From IMG/VR virus record IMGVR_UViG_3300027969_000042, positions 64,001 to 128,000 of that record: a DNA stretch of 64,000 bases. The stretch is one strand, 5' to 3'. Source of the DNA: a virus. Below are positions 1 through 10,362 of the stretch, in pieces. The position numbers and the translations under genes were made by a program. Each line of letters opens with the position of its first letter. Positions within the stretch are counted from its first letter, which is position 1. The notes under the pieces were generated by a model, which ran no database searches, was not told where the DNA came from, and saw only the letters and a program-made list of their open reading frames with translations.

Positions 1-425
1 TCACGTTTTTCTTGTTTAGAGAGCTTTTTAAGACAACTTGGTCCTAATCCATTCTCTATACTAGATGGTACTGTTAAAGCTTTACCACACTTCCCACATT
101 TACCCTCGTGCCATATCTCAACAAAATCTTGAAGAGTATTCATTCTTAATCTATTAAGAATATAATTAAAAACTTTTACAGATTGTGCATCTGTTGAAAT
201 AACAGATTTCTTAGAATGTTTAAAGTATCCATTGGCACAAGTTCCAATATAAGTATAAGTTTCTGGTCCAGATAAAACCTTAACAAAAAATAGATTACTA
301 GTTTTTGATAGTTTTAAAGAGAATGTAAATCGATTATCAGTTTGAGTATTGATAACGGTAAATGTTGATTTACCTGCAAAAATAAATTTAAGTGCATCAG
401 AATGATTTAGTTTCTTACCTGTCAT
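1..425 (-). CDS. DUF6011-like Zn-binding protein, truncated by the window start (not in ORF track)
   Basis: Manual translation from ATG at 425: MTGKKLNHSDALKFIFAGKSTFTV...WHEGKCGKCGKALTVPSSIENGLGPSC...KQEKR; open to position 1. The CxxC...GxGPxC pattern matches DUF6011 as recalled. Confidence 0.75.
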   Translation of the reverse strand, partial: MTGKKLNHSDALKFIFAGKSTFTVINTQTDNRFTFSLKLSKTSNLFFVKVLSGPETYTYIGTCANGYFKHSKKSVISTDAQSVKVFNYILNRLRMNTLQDFVEIWHEGKCGKCGKALTVPSSIENGLGPSCLKKLSKQEKR

Positions 426-441
426 AGTTTTATTATTTCTA

Positions 442-449
442 CAAATATA
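442..449 (-). promoter_or_regulatory. Bacteroidota sigma-A type -7 element (TATATTTG)
   Basis: Matches TAnnTTTG, 16 nt upstream of the ATG at 425; no clear -33 TTTG seen. Confidence 0.5.
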
Positions 450-509
450 CAACAATTATTTTAAATAAAAAAATAAAAAAGGAAAACATGTGGCATTACT
501 ATATAGTTT

Positions 510-1235
510 ATGGAATATAACATTATAGCAATTGACCCATCTCTTATTTCAACCGCATTGGTTGTTTCATCCGGAGATACATTTAAGATTTACAACTATT
601 GTAGAGAGAATAAAGTCTTTGGTAAAAAAGGAATCACAAAGTGGTTTGGTTTTGCAGAAGAATTTATAACTTATAAATTTATTGAGTACCGTGAATATAA
701 AGATTATTCAGAAGGAGAATTAGTAAAATTAAAAGATTATGATAAAATTAGTGATACAATTATTACTGATATATTAGAAAATATAGATCCTAAAAAACCA
801 ACTAAGATTGGAATTGAAGGTTACTCATTCTCATCTGCGGCAGGAGATATTATTGATTTAGTTACTTTTTCAACTATTTTAAGAAAGAAACTATTTGATA
901 AAATATCAGAAGACATTTTTGTTCTTTCACCTTCTACATTAAAATTAGAATCTTGTAAATTGACTTATGCTCCTATCATTAAAGAGATAGGTAAAAAGAA
1001 AATTACTATTAAAGAAGAATGGAGAAATCCACTTGGAATACCCGGAGGAAAATTCACTAAAACAGACATGTTCTTAGCGATTGTTGATAATGATTGTTTA
1101 GATGATTATTGGGCTAAACATTGTAAGTCTACTAAAACTGACATATTAGAACCTAAACAGATACAGAAACCTTATGAAGATGTGAATGATGCTTACTTAA
1201 TTTATATGGTATTAAAAAAAGAAAACCAATCTTAA
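510..1235 (+). CDS. RuvC-like Holliday junction resolvase / RNase H-fold nuclease
   Basis: IAIDPSLISTALVV (motif I Asp), IGIEGYSF (Glu) and C-terminal EDVNDAY acidic pair. Confidence 0.75.
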   Translation: MEYNIIAIDPSLISTALVVSSGDTFKIYNYCRENKVFGKKGITKWFGFAEEFITYKFIEYREYKDYSEGELVKLKDYDKISDTIITDILENIDPKKPTKIGIEGYSFSSAAGDIIDLVTFSTILRKKLFDKISEDIFVLSPSTLKLESCKLTYAPIIKEIGKKKITIKEEWRNPLGIPGGKFTKTDMFLAIVDNDCLDDYWAKHCKSTKTDILEPKQIQKPYEDVNDAYLIYMVLKKENQS

Positions 1236-1248
1236 TGATTGGTTTTTT
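1222..1248. terminator. Bidirectional intrinsic terminator
   Basis: AAAACCAATC-TTAAT-GATTGGTTTT between convergent genes. Confidence 0.75.
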
Positions 1249-1253
1249 ACTTT

Positions 1254-3332
1254 TTATGAATTTCTTTCTTTTAATTCTTTTAAAAATTTCAAAGTTTCTG
1301 CTTTAGTTTGATCACTACTCATTCTAGCAATTTCTACCCATTCAAACAAATCCTTCCATTCTTTTTCATTGTATTTCTTATAAACACCACTTTTCTCAAA
1401 GTACTCTAAACATTCTGTTCTACCATAGTCAGTTGCCCATTTAGTAATCATACCTCCCTTATTTAAAAGTGTTTGAACAACATCTTTTCTTTCAAGGTAT
1501 TTCATCATCATTAAGAATGATTCCCAATATGGTTCTCCTTTTTTCTTAGCAGCTGGATAACCAGGCATTTGTTCGTAATTACCTTGGAAACATTTTCTAA
1601 GTGGCATATTATGGCTAAACAATGGATCTAAACCTGCAGTTAAACAATAATCTAATGCTTCTGTATCAGGAACAACACTTTTAAATACATCACTAGTCAT
1701 CTCTGAACCATAATCAACTAAAAGTTTAATCATATTAAGATTGGTTGCTTTTGAAATAGGAGCATCTTTTCCCTTTGCTAAGTTAGGTAATCCACCTAAT
1801 TTTAAAATCAATTCTACTTTTTCATAGTTATCTTCAGATACTGCATTAAATAAACATTTTGCATTATCCTTATTGATGTCTGCACCATATTCAGTAACAT
1901 ATTCAATAATTTTTGCCATACTTAAACCTGGCTTAACAATTTCTCTATTGGCTTCTTTAGCTTTTTGTCTTTTTCTAATTTCTTCACCATCCATTGGTAA
2001 GAAGAATCCCCATAGATCTTTATCAATATCATATTCTTTCTCCCATTTTTTTAGTATACCTTTAAATTGTTCTGTACCAACAGAGTGATCTGGTCTATTG
2101 TGACAAGCTCTAACTCTTTTTCCTGGTTCAATTGTAATACCAATTGTTGAAAAATCATCTCTTAATGGGACGTGGAAGTCATAAATATAATATTGTTTAT
2201 TATCATGATTTTCTACATATGAATCCCATTGATATTTAGTATCTTTAATACAGTGTGAAGTGTGTGCATTTACTATTTGATTTGCGGCAAATGAATTTAC
2301 TTCAATTATAAGAATACCATTTTCATTAAATACTTTTTCAACACCTGCTGCTCCTAATCTTGAGTTACAAGTAGTAATCAAATCATTAAATTTAGTAAAT
2401 CCATCCATCTCATAAGATGATAAGTGACCATTTGCTGCAATAATGAAAGCGTGTATATTTTCATATCTTCTTAGTGTTGATTGATAAACTATCTTACCAA
2501 ATGTTGGATTTGGAGTACCATCTGGTTTTAAAGGTCTTGTATCTGGTGACATTCTACCAAAGAAATCATCCCAAACATGTTTTTTCTTTGCCTCATCAAC
2601 TGTACCATCATCTTTTAATCCTAATTGTTCAAAACCAACTGCAACAGATAAAAATCTACTCTTATTTAAGTCAGAAGCTTCATCATATGACTTTTTTAAC
2701 TCTGGAGTTAAAGTATCATACATTTTTTTAATTTTTCTTGATTCCTCTAATCTATCTAATCCATCAGTTAGTAACTCTATGTTATTAAACACATTTTCAT
2801 TTATAAAATTGGCATCAAATTGTATTTTAGTAAAAACACCTTTATCTTTTTCGATTGTAAGATTTTGTAAAATATCTTTATTTTGTAATAATCTTCTATA
2901 AACTACTGATAAATCTTCTAATGGAACATTTTCAAAATAGTAGAAGTAAGTAAAGTTAGATAACCAACCGATATTATCTCTATCTAATTGAAATTCTTTT
3001 TCACCTTTTGGACCTTTAACTTTTGTCTTTAATGTTCTTACTGCAGTAAATTCAGGTGTCTTATCAAATGTTTTAAGAAGTTCTGGAGTAACTGAAATAT
3101 CTCTCAATTTCATCTTAATTCTCTCTCTTGCTTCTGGTTGGAAGTCAATCAATCTAACTGATCTAATTTCTTTATGATCAATTTGTAAACCTAATTCACC
3201 TTGAAGTAAATTAAGTTCTTTTGCTGCAGTTAGTAAAGTATATCTTTCTTTTAAGAATTTCTTAGCTTTGTCTAAGTTCTCATTTAAAGTATCTGTGTTT
3301 AAAAACTGGTTATATTTAAAAAGCTTCATCAA
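1254..3332 (-). CDS. Putative virion-internal protein with C-terminal ankyrin-like repeats
   Basis: N-terminus MMKLFKYNQF...LNE (tag); GADINKDNAKCLFNAVSEDNYEKVELILKLGG is ankyrin-like; central HCIK..YQWDSY segment resembles the WCLK..HWDNY segment of 36212-37585. Confidence 0.55.
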   Translation of the reverse strand: MMKLFKYNQFLNTDTLNENLDKAKKFLKERYTLLTAAKELNLLQGELGLQIDHKEIRSVRLIDFQPEARERIKMKLRDISVTPELLKTFDKTPEFTAVRTLKTKVKGPKGEKEFQLDRDNIGWLSNFTYFYYFENVPLEDLSVVYRRLLQNKDILQNLTIEKDKGVFTKIQFDANFINENVFNNIELLTDGLDRLEESRKIKKMYDTLTPELKKSYDEASDLNKSRFLSVAVGFEQLGLKDDGTVDEAKKKHVWDDFFGRMSPDTRPLKPDGTPNPTFGKIVYQSTLRRYENIHAFIIAANGHLSSYEMDGFTKFNDLITTCNSRLGAAGVEKVFNENGILIIEVNSFAANQIVNAHTSHCIKDTKYQWDSYVENHDNKQYYIYDFHVPLRDDFSTIGITIEPGKRVRACHNRPDHSVGTEQFKGILKKWEKEYDIDKDLWGFFLPMDGEEIRKRQKAKEANREIVKPGLSMAKIIEYVTEYGADINKDNAKCLFNAVSEDNYEKVELILKLGGLPNLAKGKDAPISKATNLNMIKLLVDYGSEMTSDVFKSVVPDTEALDYCLTAGLDPLFSHNMPLRKCFQGNYEQMPGYPAAKKKGEPYWESFLMMMKYLERKDVVQTLLNKGGMITKWATDYGRTECLEYFEKSGVYKKYNEKEWKDLFEWVEIARMSSDQTKAETLKFLKELKERNS

Positions 3333-3344
3333 TTTAATTTATTT

Positions 3345-5069
3345 TTATCTTCTTGTATGTTGGTTTTCGTTTATTCTTTCTATTTCTTTTAAATAGATTT
3401 CTGCGCCTTCTTTAAGAAACTTAGTAAGTCTTTCAACTTCCTTGTAATCCCCTTCATCTAAAGCAGCATCTACAAGTTCTTGAATATCTTTTTGTCTCAT
3501 TTTTGATAGATCTTCATCAGAATATGTTCCGTCATCTTCCGCTGGAGTTTCTTGTATACCTTCTTCTCCAGCCATTTCAGGCACTTCTGGTTCATCATAA
3601 TTAGTTTTAGGTCCAAATCGTTGTTCCATCTCCCATTCTCTTAGAGAACGTTCGTAATCTTCTTCAGTCTCAACAACATGATCAATAAGTTTCTCTACTA
3701 CTTTTTTCGCTTCTGATTGATTAAATCTTTCTGCGTTTATAAAGAATACTAATTTACCTGCTTCCATCTTTTTATCAAAAACAGAAAATAAACTATTGAA
3801 AACTTCTAAGAATTTATTATCAGATAAAGCAAGATCCGCATCTTTCTTAATAATAGCACCTAGATCTTTATCAGTCTTAGAAATTTCTATTGCTTTTGCA
3901 GTTAGTTTATCTTTATCATTGGCTAAAAGTCTAAATATTCTAGTTCTCATTTGTTTATACTTTTGAGAATCTTTACAAGCATTTACAAAATCATTAAACA
4001 TTGCTTGTGCTGTTACACCATATCTAAAATCTTGTGCCTCATCCATAAATGATGAAGTTGCTGCTTTTACTTTTTTAGCAAACTCTTTATCTTTTTTAAT
4101 AGCAGCAGATTGAATCAATAAGTAAATACCTTTAACTGTTTCGTGAATCAACATTGGGAAATCAACACCAACTGCTTTAATAGTAATTTTATTAAAATTT
4201 TGGTTTTCTTTCAATAGTTCAATTGAAAATACACTATTATTTACACTCTCCCAAGTAACATCTGTTGCACCAGCCATTCCACCTGGATTATTACTCATCA
4301 TTGATGCTTTATTGGCAACTGGAATAACCCAGTCCATTTTATCAGCTGTATCGGACATATCTGACCAAATTCTTAAAATTCTACCACCATTTGCACCAAA
4401 TATTTGTTGTAAACCATTTTCAACAAGTGGTGAGAACTTAATAATATCTTTAGTTGCTTTACCTTCACCTTGAGTCAACATATTAAGAATCTTCTTCTTT
4501 AATGAAGCAGTCAAAACATTACCAGTTATATCTTCTGGTTCTTCCGTATTTTCTTCAGCACCTTCAACACTAGAGCAAGATCCATCTGCACAATCATCAT
4601 CTTGTTGATCTTGTTCAGTTTGTTCTTCTTCATCTTCTTCGTGAGTATCATCTGCACGTGGTGGTCTAGCATTTTGTGGAACATCTCTTAAATCAGAGAT
4701 TTGTCTTATAACTTCATTAGGATTTACTAATCTTATATCAAGTTCAACTGGTTTTGCAGATGATTCAAGTATTTCACCGTACTCATCCATAATAACATCT
4801 TTTGCTAAGTTTTGAAGTGCATCAAGTCTTGCTTGCATTTGTTCTCTACCTAATTGTCTACCATCTGGTCCTTGCATCATTAGTTGCATAGATTGGTTCA
4901 TCAATTGTTGAAATTGTGGCCAAATATTTCTCATTTGGCTTTCATCATCAATTCTTACACCTAAATTTCTTCCGGCTTCTTCTTCTGAATTTCTCATGAA
5001 ATCATCTGGAATACCTCTATTTCCTCTTAAATCGATTTCTTCTTTTATAAAGTCTGAAAATTTTCTCAT
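3345..5069 (-). CDS. Hypothetical protein, putative head-internal (tagged)
   Basis: 574-aa ORF; MRKFSDFIKEE start; acidic stretches; FPMLIHETVKG segment of unknown function. Confidence 0.5.
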   Translation of the reverse strand: MRKFSDFIKEEIDLRGNRGIPDDFMRNSEEEAGRNLGVRIDDESQMRNIWPQFQQLMNQSMQLMMQGPDGRQLGREQMQARLDALQNLAKDVIMDEYGEILESSAKPVELDIRLVNPNEVIRQISDLRDVPQNARPPRADDTHEEDEEEQTEQDQQDDDCADGSCSSVEGAEENTEEPEDITGNVLTASLKKKILNMLTQGEGKATKDIIKFSPLVENGLQQIFGANGGRILRIWSDMSDTADKMDWVIPVANKASMMSNNPGGMAGATDVTWESVNNSVFSIELLKENQNFNKITIKAVGVDFPMLIHETVKGIYLLIQSAAIKKDKEFAKKVKAATSSFMDEAQDFRYGVTAQAMFNDFVNACKDSQKYKQMRTRIFRLLANDKDKLTAKAIEISKTDKDLGAIIKKDADLALSDNKFLEVFNSLFSVFDKKMEAGKLVFFINAERFNQSEAKKVVEKLIDHVVETEEDYERSLREWEMEQRFGPKTNYDEPEVPEMAGEEGIQETPAEDDGTYSDEDLSKMRQKDIQELVDAALDEGDYKEVERLTKFLKEGAEIYLKEIERINENQHTRR

Positions 5070-5070
5070 A

Positions 5071-5259
5071 TTATTTAAAGTAATTATTTATTTGTTGTTT
5101 CTCGTCTTTTGGTAGATCTTTGTAAAGTCTTGTAAATCTATCAATAACATCAACTTCTGATGCTTCTAATATATCTTCTGTTGAAATTGGTTTTACTGGT
5201 GCAATAGGTGCAGCAGTAAGCTCTTCAGTAAACATTTTATATTTTTTTATAAATCCCAT
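5071..5259 (-). CDS. Small hypothetical protein (tagged)
   Basis: MGFIKKYKMFTEE start; preceded by TTTTAATATATA at 5281-5294. Confidence 0.55.
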   Translation of the reverse strand: MGFIKKYKMFTEELTAAPIAPVKPISTEDILEASEVDVIDRFTRLYKDLPKDEKQQINNYFK

Positions 5260-5340
5260 AATAATGTTATTAAATTTTAATATATATATTAAAAGTTATA
5301 TATCAAAAAATAATATATAAACAAAAAATAATAATTTATT

Positions 5341-5862
5341 ATGAAAAAGTTTTCTACTATAAGAAAAATCTACGAGCAAGAAGAAATGGTTCCTGCTAAT
5401 CTACCACAAGTAGATCAACCACAAGGAACTGAAGTTGTTAAAACTGAACAACCAGAACCACAACCACAAGAAGGTGAAAACGCAGGAAGTGCAGTTTCAC
5501 TTTTTTCTAAACTATTTGAATCAAGAGAAATGGCACATATCTATCACTTACAAGTAAATGGTGAACAAGGTTCTCACGCGGCACATACTGCATTAGGTGA
5601 GTACTATGATGAAGTTTTAGAGTTGTTGGACCAAACCATAGAAACTTACCAAGGTCAATATGGTATCATTGATGGTTATCAAACAATTGATACCGCAGCA
5701 ACAAGAACAAAAGAAAAAGTTGAATACTTTGAAGAATTGGTGGAATTTGTAAAACATTCTAGAAAGGCTATATCAGTAGAAGATACACACTTACAAAATA
5801 TAATTGATGAAATAGTTGGACTTATGTATAGAACTCTATACAAATTGAAATTTACTAAGTAA
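5341..5862 (+). CDS. Ferritin/Dps-like four-helix protein (DUF5856-like)
   Basis: AHIYHLQ...HTALGEYYDEVLELLDQTIETYQG and LQNIIDEIVGLMYRTLYKL ferritin-fold pattern after a Pro/Glu-rich leader. Confidence 0.65.
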   Translation: MKKFSTIRKIYEQEEMVPANLPQVDQPQGTEVVKTEQPEPQPQEGENAGSAVSLFSKLFESREMAHIYHLQVNGEQGSHAAHTALGEYYDEVLELLDQTIETYQGQYGIIDGYQTIDTAATRTKEKVEYFEELVEFVKHSRKAISVEDTHLQNIIDEIVGLMYRTLYKLKFTK

Positions 5863-5865
5863 AAT

Positions 5866-5893
5866 AAAAACCACTCAATTGAGTGGTTTTTTT
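5866..5893. terminator. Bidirectional intrinsic terminator
   Basis: AAAAACCACTC-AATT-GAGTGGTTTTTTT; nearly identical to 61076-61103. Confidence 0.85.
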
Positions 5894-6108
5894 ATATCTT
5901 GTGTTGTGTAAAAGTTATTATTTACTTTTTTAGTTGCATATCTACTTTTTATCATACTATCTGCGGATGGCATTCCAAGCAATCTTCTAATTTTACTTTT
6001 TCTAAAATAGTTCTTATATTGTATAGTAGTTATACTTTGTGCCATTACATAGGGTACATAAATGTAACCTGGATCTGCTGTTTCTTTTTCTTTTCTACCT
6101 ACTAACAT
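5875..6108 (-). CDS. 77-aa protein resembling the C-terminal strands of a gp23-type major capsid protein
   Basis: LVGRK...DPGYIYVPYVMAQSI...IKSRYA resembles, as recalled, the gp23 C-terminus (GYKG...DAGIYYAPY...KTRYG). Confidence 0.5.
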   Translation of the reverse strand: MLVGRKEKETADPGYIYVPYVMAQSITTIQYKNYFRKSKIRRLLGMPSADSMIKSRYATKKVNNNFYTTQDIKKPLN

Positions 6109-6226
6109 TAAATAATCTTTTAATTTTATTTTTTCTATTTGTAGGTCTCATAGCTAACCACATTCTCCAACCAGTAGTATCATACTGATGATTATTAGTT
6201 CCTGGCCAACCCGCTGCAAATGACAT
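6095..6226 (-). CDS. 43-aa small protein (not in ORF track)
   Basis: MSFAAGWPGTNNHQYDTTGWRMWLAMRPTNRKNKIKRLFNVSR*; overlaps the next start by 14 nt and carries the RxxKIxxL motif near its end. Confidence 0.55.
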   Translation of the reverse strand: MSFAAGWPGTNNHQYDTTGWRMWLAMRPTNRKNKIKRLFNVSR

Positions 6227-6246
6227 AGTATTATACTATTTAATTA

Positions 6247-6564
6247 CTATTTGTTTTCTGTGTAAAGGTATTTCCTCCCGTCCACATTGTAAGAGTCTAA
6301 ATTATTCACAACTGTATCTAATTTATCAACACAGTCATCTAAATCTTTTTTAATAATCTGTAAAGCGGCAATTGAGTCATCTATTTGGTCATTACTCTTA
6401 GTGGAACTGTTTCTGTAGTTACTTAATTCAGTACCAAGTGCATCTATCTTTTTAGATCTATCTTCTATATTGGCGATGAAGTCTTTTAACTCATCCATAA
6501 TTTCTGTTATTCTTTCTGTTGATATATCTAATTGATCACTTTCAAAAAATCTTTTTATTTTCAT
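6247..6564 (-). CDS. Small coiled-coil protein (tagged)
   Basis: MKIKRFFES start; heptad-rich helical sequence. Confidence 0.55.
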   Translation of the reverse strand: MKIKRFFESDQLDISTERITEIMDELKDFIANIEDRSKKIDALGTELSNYRNSSTKSNDQIDDSIAALQIIKKDLDDCVDKLDTVVNNLDSYNVDGRKYLYTENK

Positions 6565-6580
6565 TTTATCGGATTATAAT

Positions 6581-6598
6581 TTTAATATATATATTTAA
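6581..6598. promoter_or_regulatory. Divergent late-promoter-like element
   Basis: TTTAATATATATATTTAA between the divergent starts at 6564 and 6600. Confidence 0.6.
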
Positions 6599-6599
6599 T

Positions 6600-7283
6600 A
6601 TGAAAAGACAAAATAAACTAATTTTAGAATTTACTGAATTTAACTTACAAAGAATGAATTCAGATTCTGTTCAAGCATCTACACACGTTGATGATCCTTC
6701 ATTATCTATCAATGCTTTTGATAAGAATCAAGATATGATTAGACAAGCTATGTCACGTATCAATGACATTATGTATAATTTGAAGGGAACTAACGCATAT
6801 AAAGCTCTTAGAAGTAAATTGGCTCTAGAAGAACAGGATATTAAAAGATTAAAGGTTTTAAGAATAGTTAAATCAACTTCATTAAAATATGATATTTATA
6901 TAGCATTTACAATTGGTGAAGAAGAATATTGGGGAGTTTTAGAAGATATGATGTCAGGTTCACCTGACTTTACATCGGAAGTTTTTAAAGATGCTGATTT
7001 ATATCAACCTAAAGAATGGATTATTAAAATAAAAGGTTTAATTGTTAAAACATTAAAAACTTGGTTGAAACCAGATCCTGGAATGTATAGACTTTTAAAT
7101 GATGAAGTTCTTTGTTATTCTGTTGAAACTGGAAAACAATTAAGAATGGAAAAAGGAATTGAAATAGAATTGATTAGATCACATAATGATAAAATAGTTA
7201 TTAAACACAATTCTGATATATATAACTTAGTTGGAGATAATTATGTTTACTTCAATTGGTGGTTTGAAAAACTAGAAGAATAA
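6600..7283 (+). CDS. Hypothetical protein
   Basis: Start moved from 6519 to ATG 6600, which follows the promoter motif; the upstream extension overlaps the opposite gene. Confidence 0.6.
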   Translation: MKRQNKLILEFTEFNLQRMNSDSVQASTHVDDPSLSINAFDKNQDMIRQAMSRINDIMYNLKGTNAYKALRSKLALEEQDIKRLKVLRIVKSTSLKYDIYIAFTIGEEEYWGVLEDMMSGSPDFTSEVFKDADLYQPKEWIIKIKGLIVKTLKTWLKPDPGMYRLLNDEVLCYSVETGKQLRMEKGIEIELIRSHNDKIVIKHNSDIYNLVGDNYVYFNWWFEKLEE

Positions 7284-7311
7284 AAAAAAGAGACTTTGAA
7301 GTCTCTTTTTT
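7283..7311. terminator. Bidirectional intrinsic terminator
   Basis: AAAAAAAGAGACT-TTGA-AGTCTCTTTTTT. Confidence 0.85.
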
Positions 7312-7314
7312 GTT

Positions 7315-10300
7315 TTATGGTATAAAATCAATTTTTATTTCATATGCTTGTGCACCACCACTTAACGCTCCTAAGGTTCCACTATATGTACAATTAAACA
7401 TTTTATACGGCGCAGGAATCCCTAATTTTGTCACATTATAACCTCTAGTAACCCATTGAGTATTACCTAAAGTACCTGCATTAGCGATCATGTAGCTTTT
7501 CCCGTTTATTAAACTAGTAATAGGTATATATATTACGTATATAAACTGTGAACCTCTTTGTAATTGGAAATTAACACTTACTGCAGTTGCTACCGAATCA
7601 AATCTTTGTAATGTATTAACTACTTGAGAACCGATTGTATTTATAGTTGATACTCCATTTGAGTTTGTTAGATCTACAAAATAAGGATCATATCTAATAT
7701 CCTGTAAAACATTATTTTTGAAAGTAAATACTCCATTAAACTTTCCACCATTTGCAACTCCTGTTTGTACTGATGAGCTCCAACCAACCGCAGGATTCCA
7801 TTGACAACCCCATCTTTGATCAACAGTACCACTCCAATTTTCACCTCCATTACCCCCTAATATCGTTGGAGCACCAGTTGTTGATGTTTGAACTAGATTA
7901 TATGCACTAAAATATAAACTAGTACAATTTAACATATCAACATATGCAACTCCTGATGTTCTTTTATCGAATAAGTTTACTGAAGGTCCACCTAATCTAC
8001 AATTTCTAAATATAAAGATAGGAGTAGAACCAGTTATTCTACCATATCCGCCACCGATAGTAGTACCATCCGCATTTAAAGGATCCCAAAATTGTTTAGT
8101 TAGGTCGGGTTCAACAATAAAATAACTTTTACGTGTACCACTGGATACACTAATCTTTGCATCGAAAAATCTAATCAAACCGCCCTTTGCATAATAACAG
8201 TCGTTATCATGTAGATATCCAACTGGAACTGCTGGATATCCAGTTGATCCAAATAAATTATCAGTTAATTGACCAGTACCTACACCTTTAGTAAATTCTA
8301 TTTTTGATTTTCCACCAATCATATAGATACCTTGATATCTGGTAGTTACATTACATGTAACATTAATACCAATATGTCCATCATTATTATATCCTATAAC
8401 AGAAGGTCCCCCGGGACGTTCCGGATGAGTCGACACTAAATTATTATTCTCATCTAGATTAAATAGAAATAAATTATCATTCTGTTGTCTTGATGGACCA
8501 TAAGGACCACTTGATGGTACAATCGGTTTATATAGAGAAAGTATACTTCCCTCACCACTAAGATTTATTTGATGGTAATCACCACTATAATTAGTAGTTG
8601 AAATATCACTACCACTACATCTAAATCCTCTACCACCTTTGTAGGATACACTGGCACCACCTTCATAATTATAACCCGGTTGACCGGATATACCCGGTAT
8701 TAGGCTACCTCTTATTTCAAGTTGACAATCTTTATCAATTGATATATCAACCTGTGCACCTATATACGCTTTTGGACCATTTGGATCGGATGTTGGATTA
8801 GTTACTGGATCATACGTTGGCCAAGTAGACCATTGCCATGTGAATAATTTTCCGGGTGCAAATTTAACAGTGTCATCTAAATCAATTAAATATCCAGTAG
8901 TCGTAGATATTAGATTAGTACATTCTATTTTTAAACGAAGAAATCTATAGTTGAAATCACCACCATAGAAATAAGTTGTTTTACCTTGTATTGTTATTGT
9001 TTCATATGCATATGATGGATACCATCTATTCCCACCGGTTGTACCAAACTCATTTTCATAGAAATCCATACCATTTTGAATTGCACTATTTTGTATAGTA
9101 CCAACTAATGAACCTGGTACTCCCGGTGTACCTAAGTTATATTTTATACTATTAGTAAATGGTCTTGCCTGTGTTCCATCACCTCTATAATATCCTGTTG
9201 CACTTAGAAATCTACCTGCAATTGCACCGGGTAGATTTTGTTGATCATATGCTCTTTTCCAATCATCATAAGTTGGTATATAAGTAACATTTACATATAA
9301 AGCTCTCGATGAACCAGCCTCAGGAGATTCAATTACTAAATTATCTGATGAATCAACAGATACTTTTAATGTATCTGATTTTATTCTACGAAATTCGTGA
9401 TTTGCACCAATAAGGCCTTTGTAAACTGGAGTTCCATCAGTTGAACCAACACTTCGTGCATTAAGTTCTAATCTAACACTACCACCACCGGTATTTCCAT
9501 CAGTGATGGAAAGTCCAGTTGATACTAAACTAAAAAATTCATATAATTGACTTGATGTGTTAGTTCCACTATATAACGAAATTGCACCTGAGTTACCAAG
9601 TCCTAAACTATTAGGAGAATAAACTGGCGCGACATTTAATATATCTTGCCATGAAGTTGTTAAGTTACTACCATTTGTAGTAAGTACATATCTAGGATTT
9701 GTATTTGTTGGACTAGAGTTTGCAGGACCTAGAGTATTAGTATTAATCCATTGTAGTTGTAATCTACCACCACTTCCTGGTCCACCATTAATATTTTGTG
9801 CATTTATATTATGAATATACGATCCGTTTCCTACAAATCCATTATTTGTTCTTATACGACCTTCTACGTGTAATCCGTATTTTATACTAGCAGAAGAATC
9901 AGCAAGTTGAGGAGTTCCCGCACCACCAGAATTATTAGGATTTGTACCACCAGTAACCAATCCTGTAGTAAGATTTACCACCGAAACATGGTCATAGTCA
10001 TCATATAGTAAACTCTTTGTTAAAACAGTTCCAGTATCATAGAACTTTGTTACATAATTTCGATAACCACCTGAAGGAGTAAATGTAGGACTTCCTGAAC
10101 CGAATACTGACGCACCTGTTAGATTTTCATTTGACCAAGTTGTACCAGTCCAAACATAAGGTAGATTAGCATTGAAATCCCATATTCTAAGACCTGGATA
10201 TACAAATCCCATATTAGAGCTTATATCATCTCTATACGCATAGAAAGGTGTTGGATATATACTACCAGTACCACCTGGTATTGACTGAGATCCAACAACA

Positions 10301-10362
10301 AATCTGTTATCTATTGGATTTTTAATATTTACTTGAAAGTTATCGGTTATTTTAATTGCCAT
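7315..10362 (-). CDS. Tail fibre / receptor-binding-like structural protein
   Basis: 1015 aa, Gly/Ser/Thr/Asn-rich beta-type composition; first gene of a run of three structural-looking genes. Confidence 0.5.
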   Translation of the reverse strand: MAIKITDNFQVNIKNPIDNRFVVGSQSIPGGTGSIYPTPFYAYRDDISSNMGFVYPGLRIWDFNANLPYVWTGTTWSNENLTGASVFGSGSPTFTPSGGYRNYVTKFYDTGTVLTKSLLYDDYDHVSVVNLTTGLVTGGTNPNNSGGAGTPQLADSSASIKYGLHVEGRIRTNNGFVGNGSYIHNINAQNINGGPGSGGRLQLQWINTNTLGPANSSPTNTNPRYVLTTNGSNLTTSWQDILNVAPVYSPNSLGLGNSGAISLYSGTNTSSQLYEFFSLVSTGLSITDGNTGGGSVRLELNARSVGSTDGTPVYKGLIGANHEFRRIKSDTLKVSVDSSDNLVIESPEAGSSRALYVNVTYIPTYDDWKRAYDQQNLPGAIAGRFLSATGYYRGDGTQARPFTNSIKYNLGTPGVPGSLVGTIQNSAIQNGMDFYENEFGTTGGNRWYPSYAYETITIQGKTTYFYGGDFNYRFLRLKIECTNLISTTTGYLIDLDDTVKFAPGKLFTWQWSTWPTYDPVTNPTSDPNGPKAYIGAQVDISIDKDCQLEIRGSLIPGISGQPGYNYEGGASVSYKGGRGFRCSGSDISTTNYSGDYHQINLSGEGSILSLYKPIVPSSGPYGPSRQQNDNLFLFNLDENNNLVSTHPERPGGPSVIGYNNDGHIGINVTCNVTTRYQGIYMIGGKSKIEFTKGVGTGQLTDNLFGSTGYPAVPVGYLHDNDCYYAKGGLIRFFDAKISVSSGTRKSYFIVEPDLTKQFWDPLNADGTTIGGGYGRITGSTPIFIFRNCRLGGPSVNLFDKRTSGVAYVDMLNCTSLYFSAYNLVQTSTTGAPTILGGNGGENWSGTVDQRWGCQWNPAVGWSSSVQTGVANGGKFNGVFTFKNNVLQDIRYDPYFVDLTNSNGVSTINTIGSQVVNTLQRFDSVATAVSVNFQLQRGSQFIYVIYIPITSLINGKSYMIANAGTLGNTQWVTRGYNVTKLGIPAPYKMFNCTYSGTLGALSGGAQAYEIKIDFIP

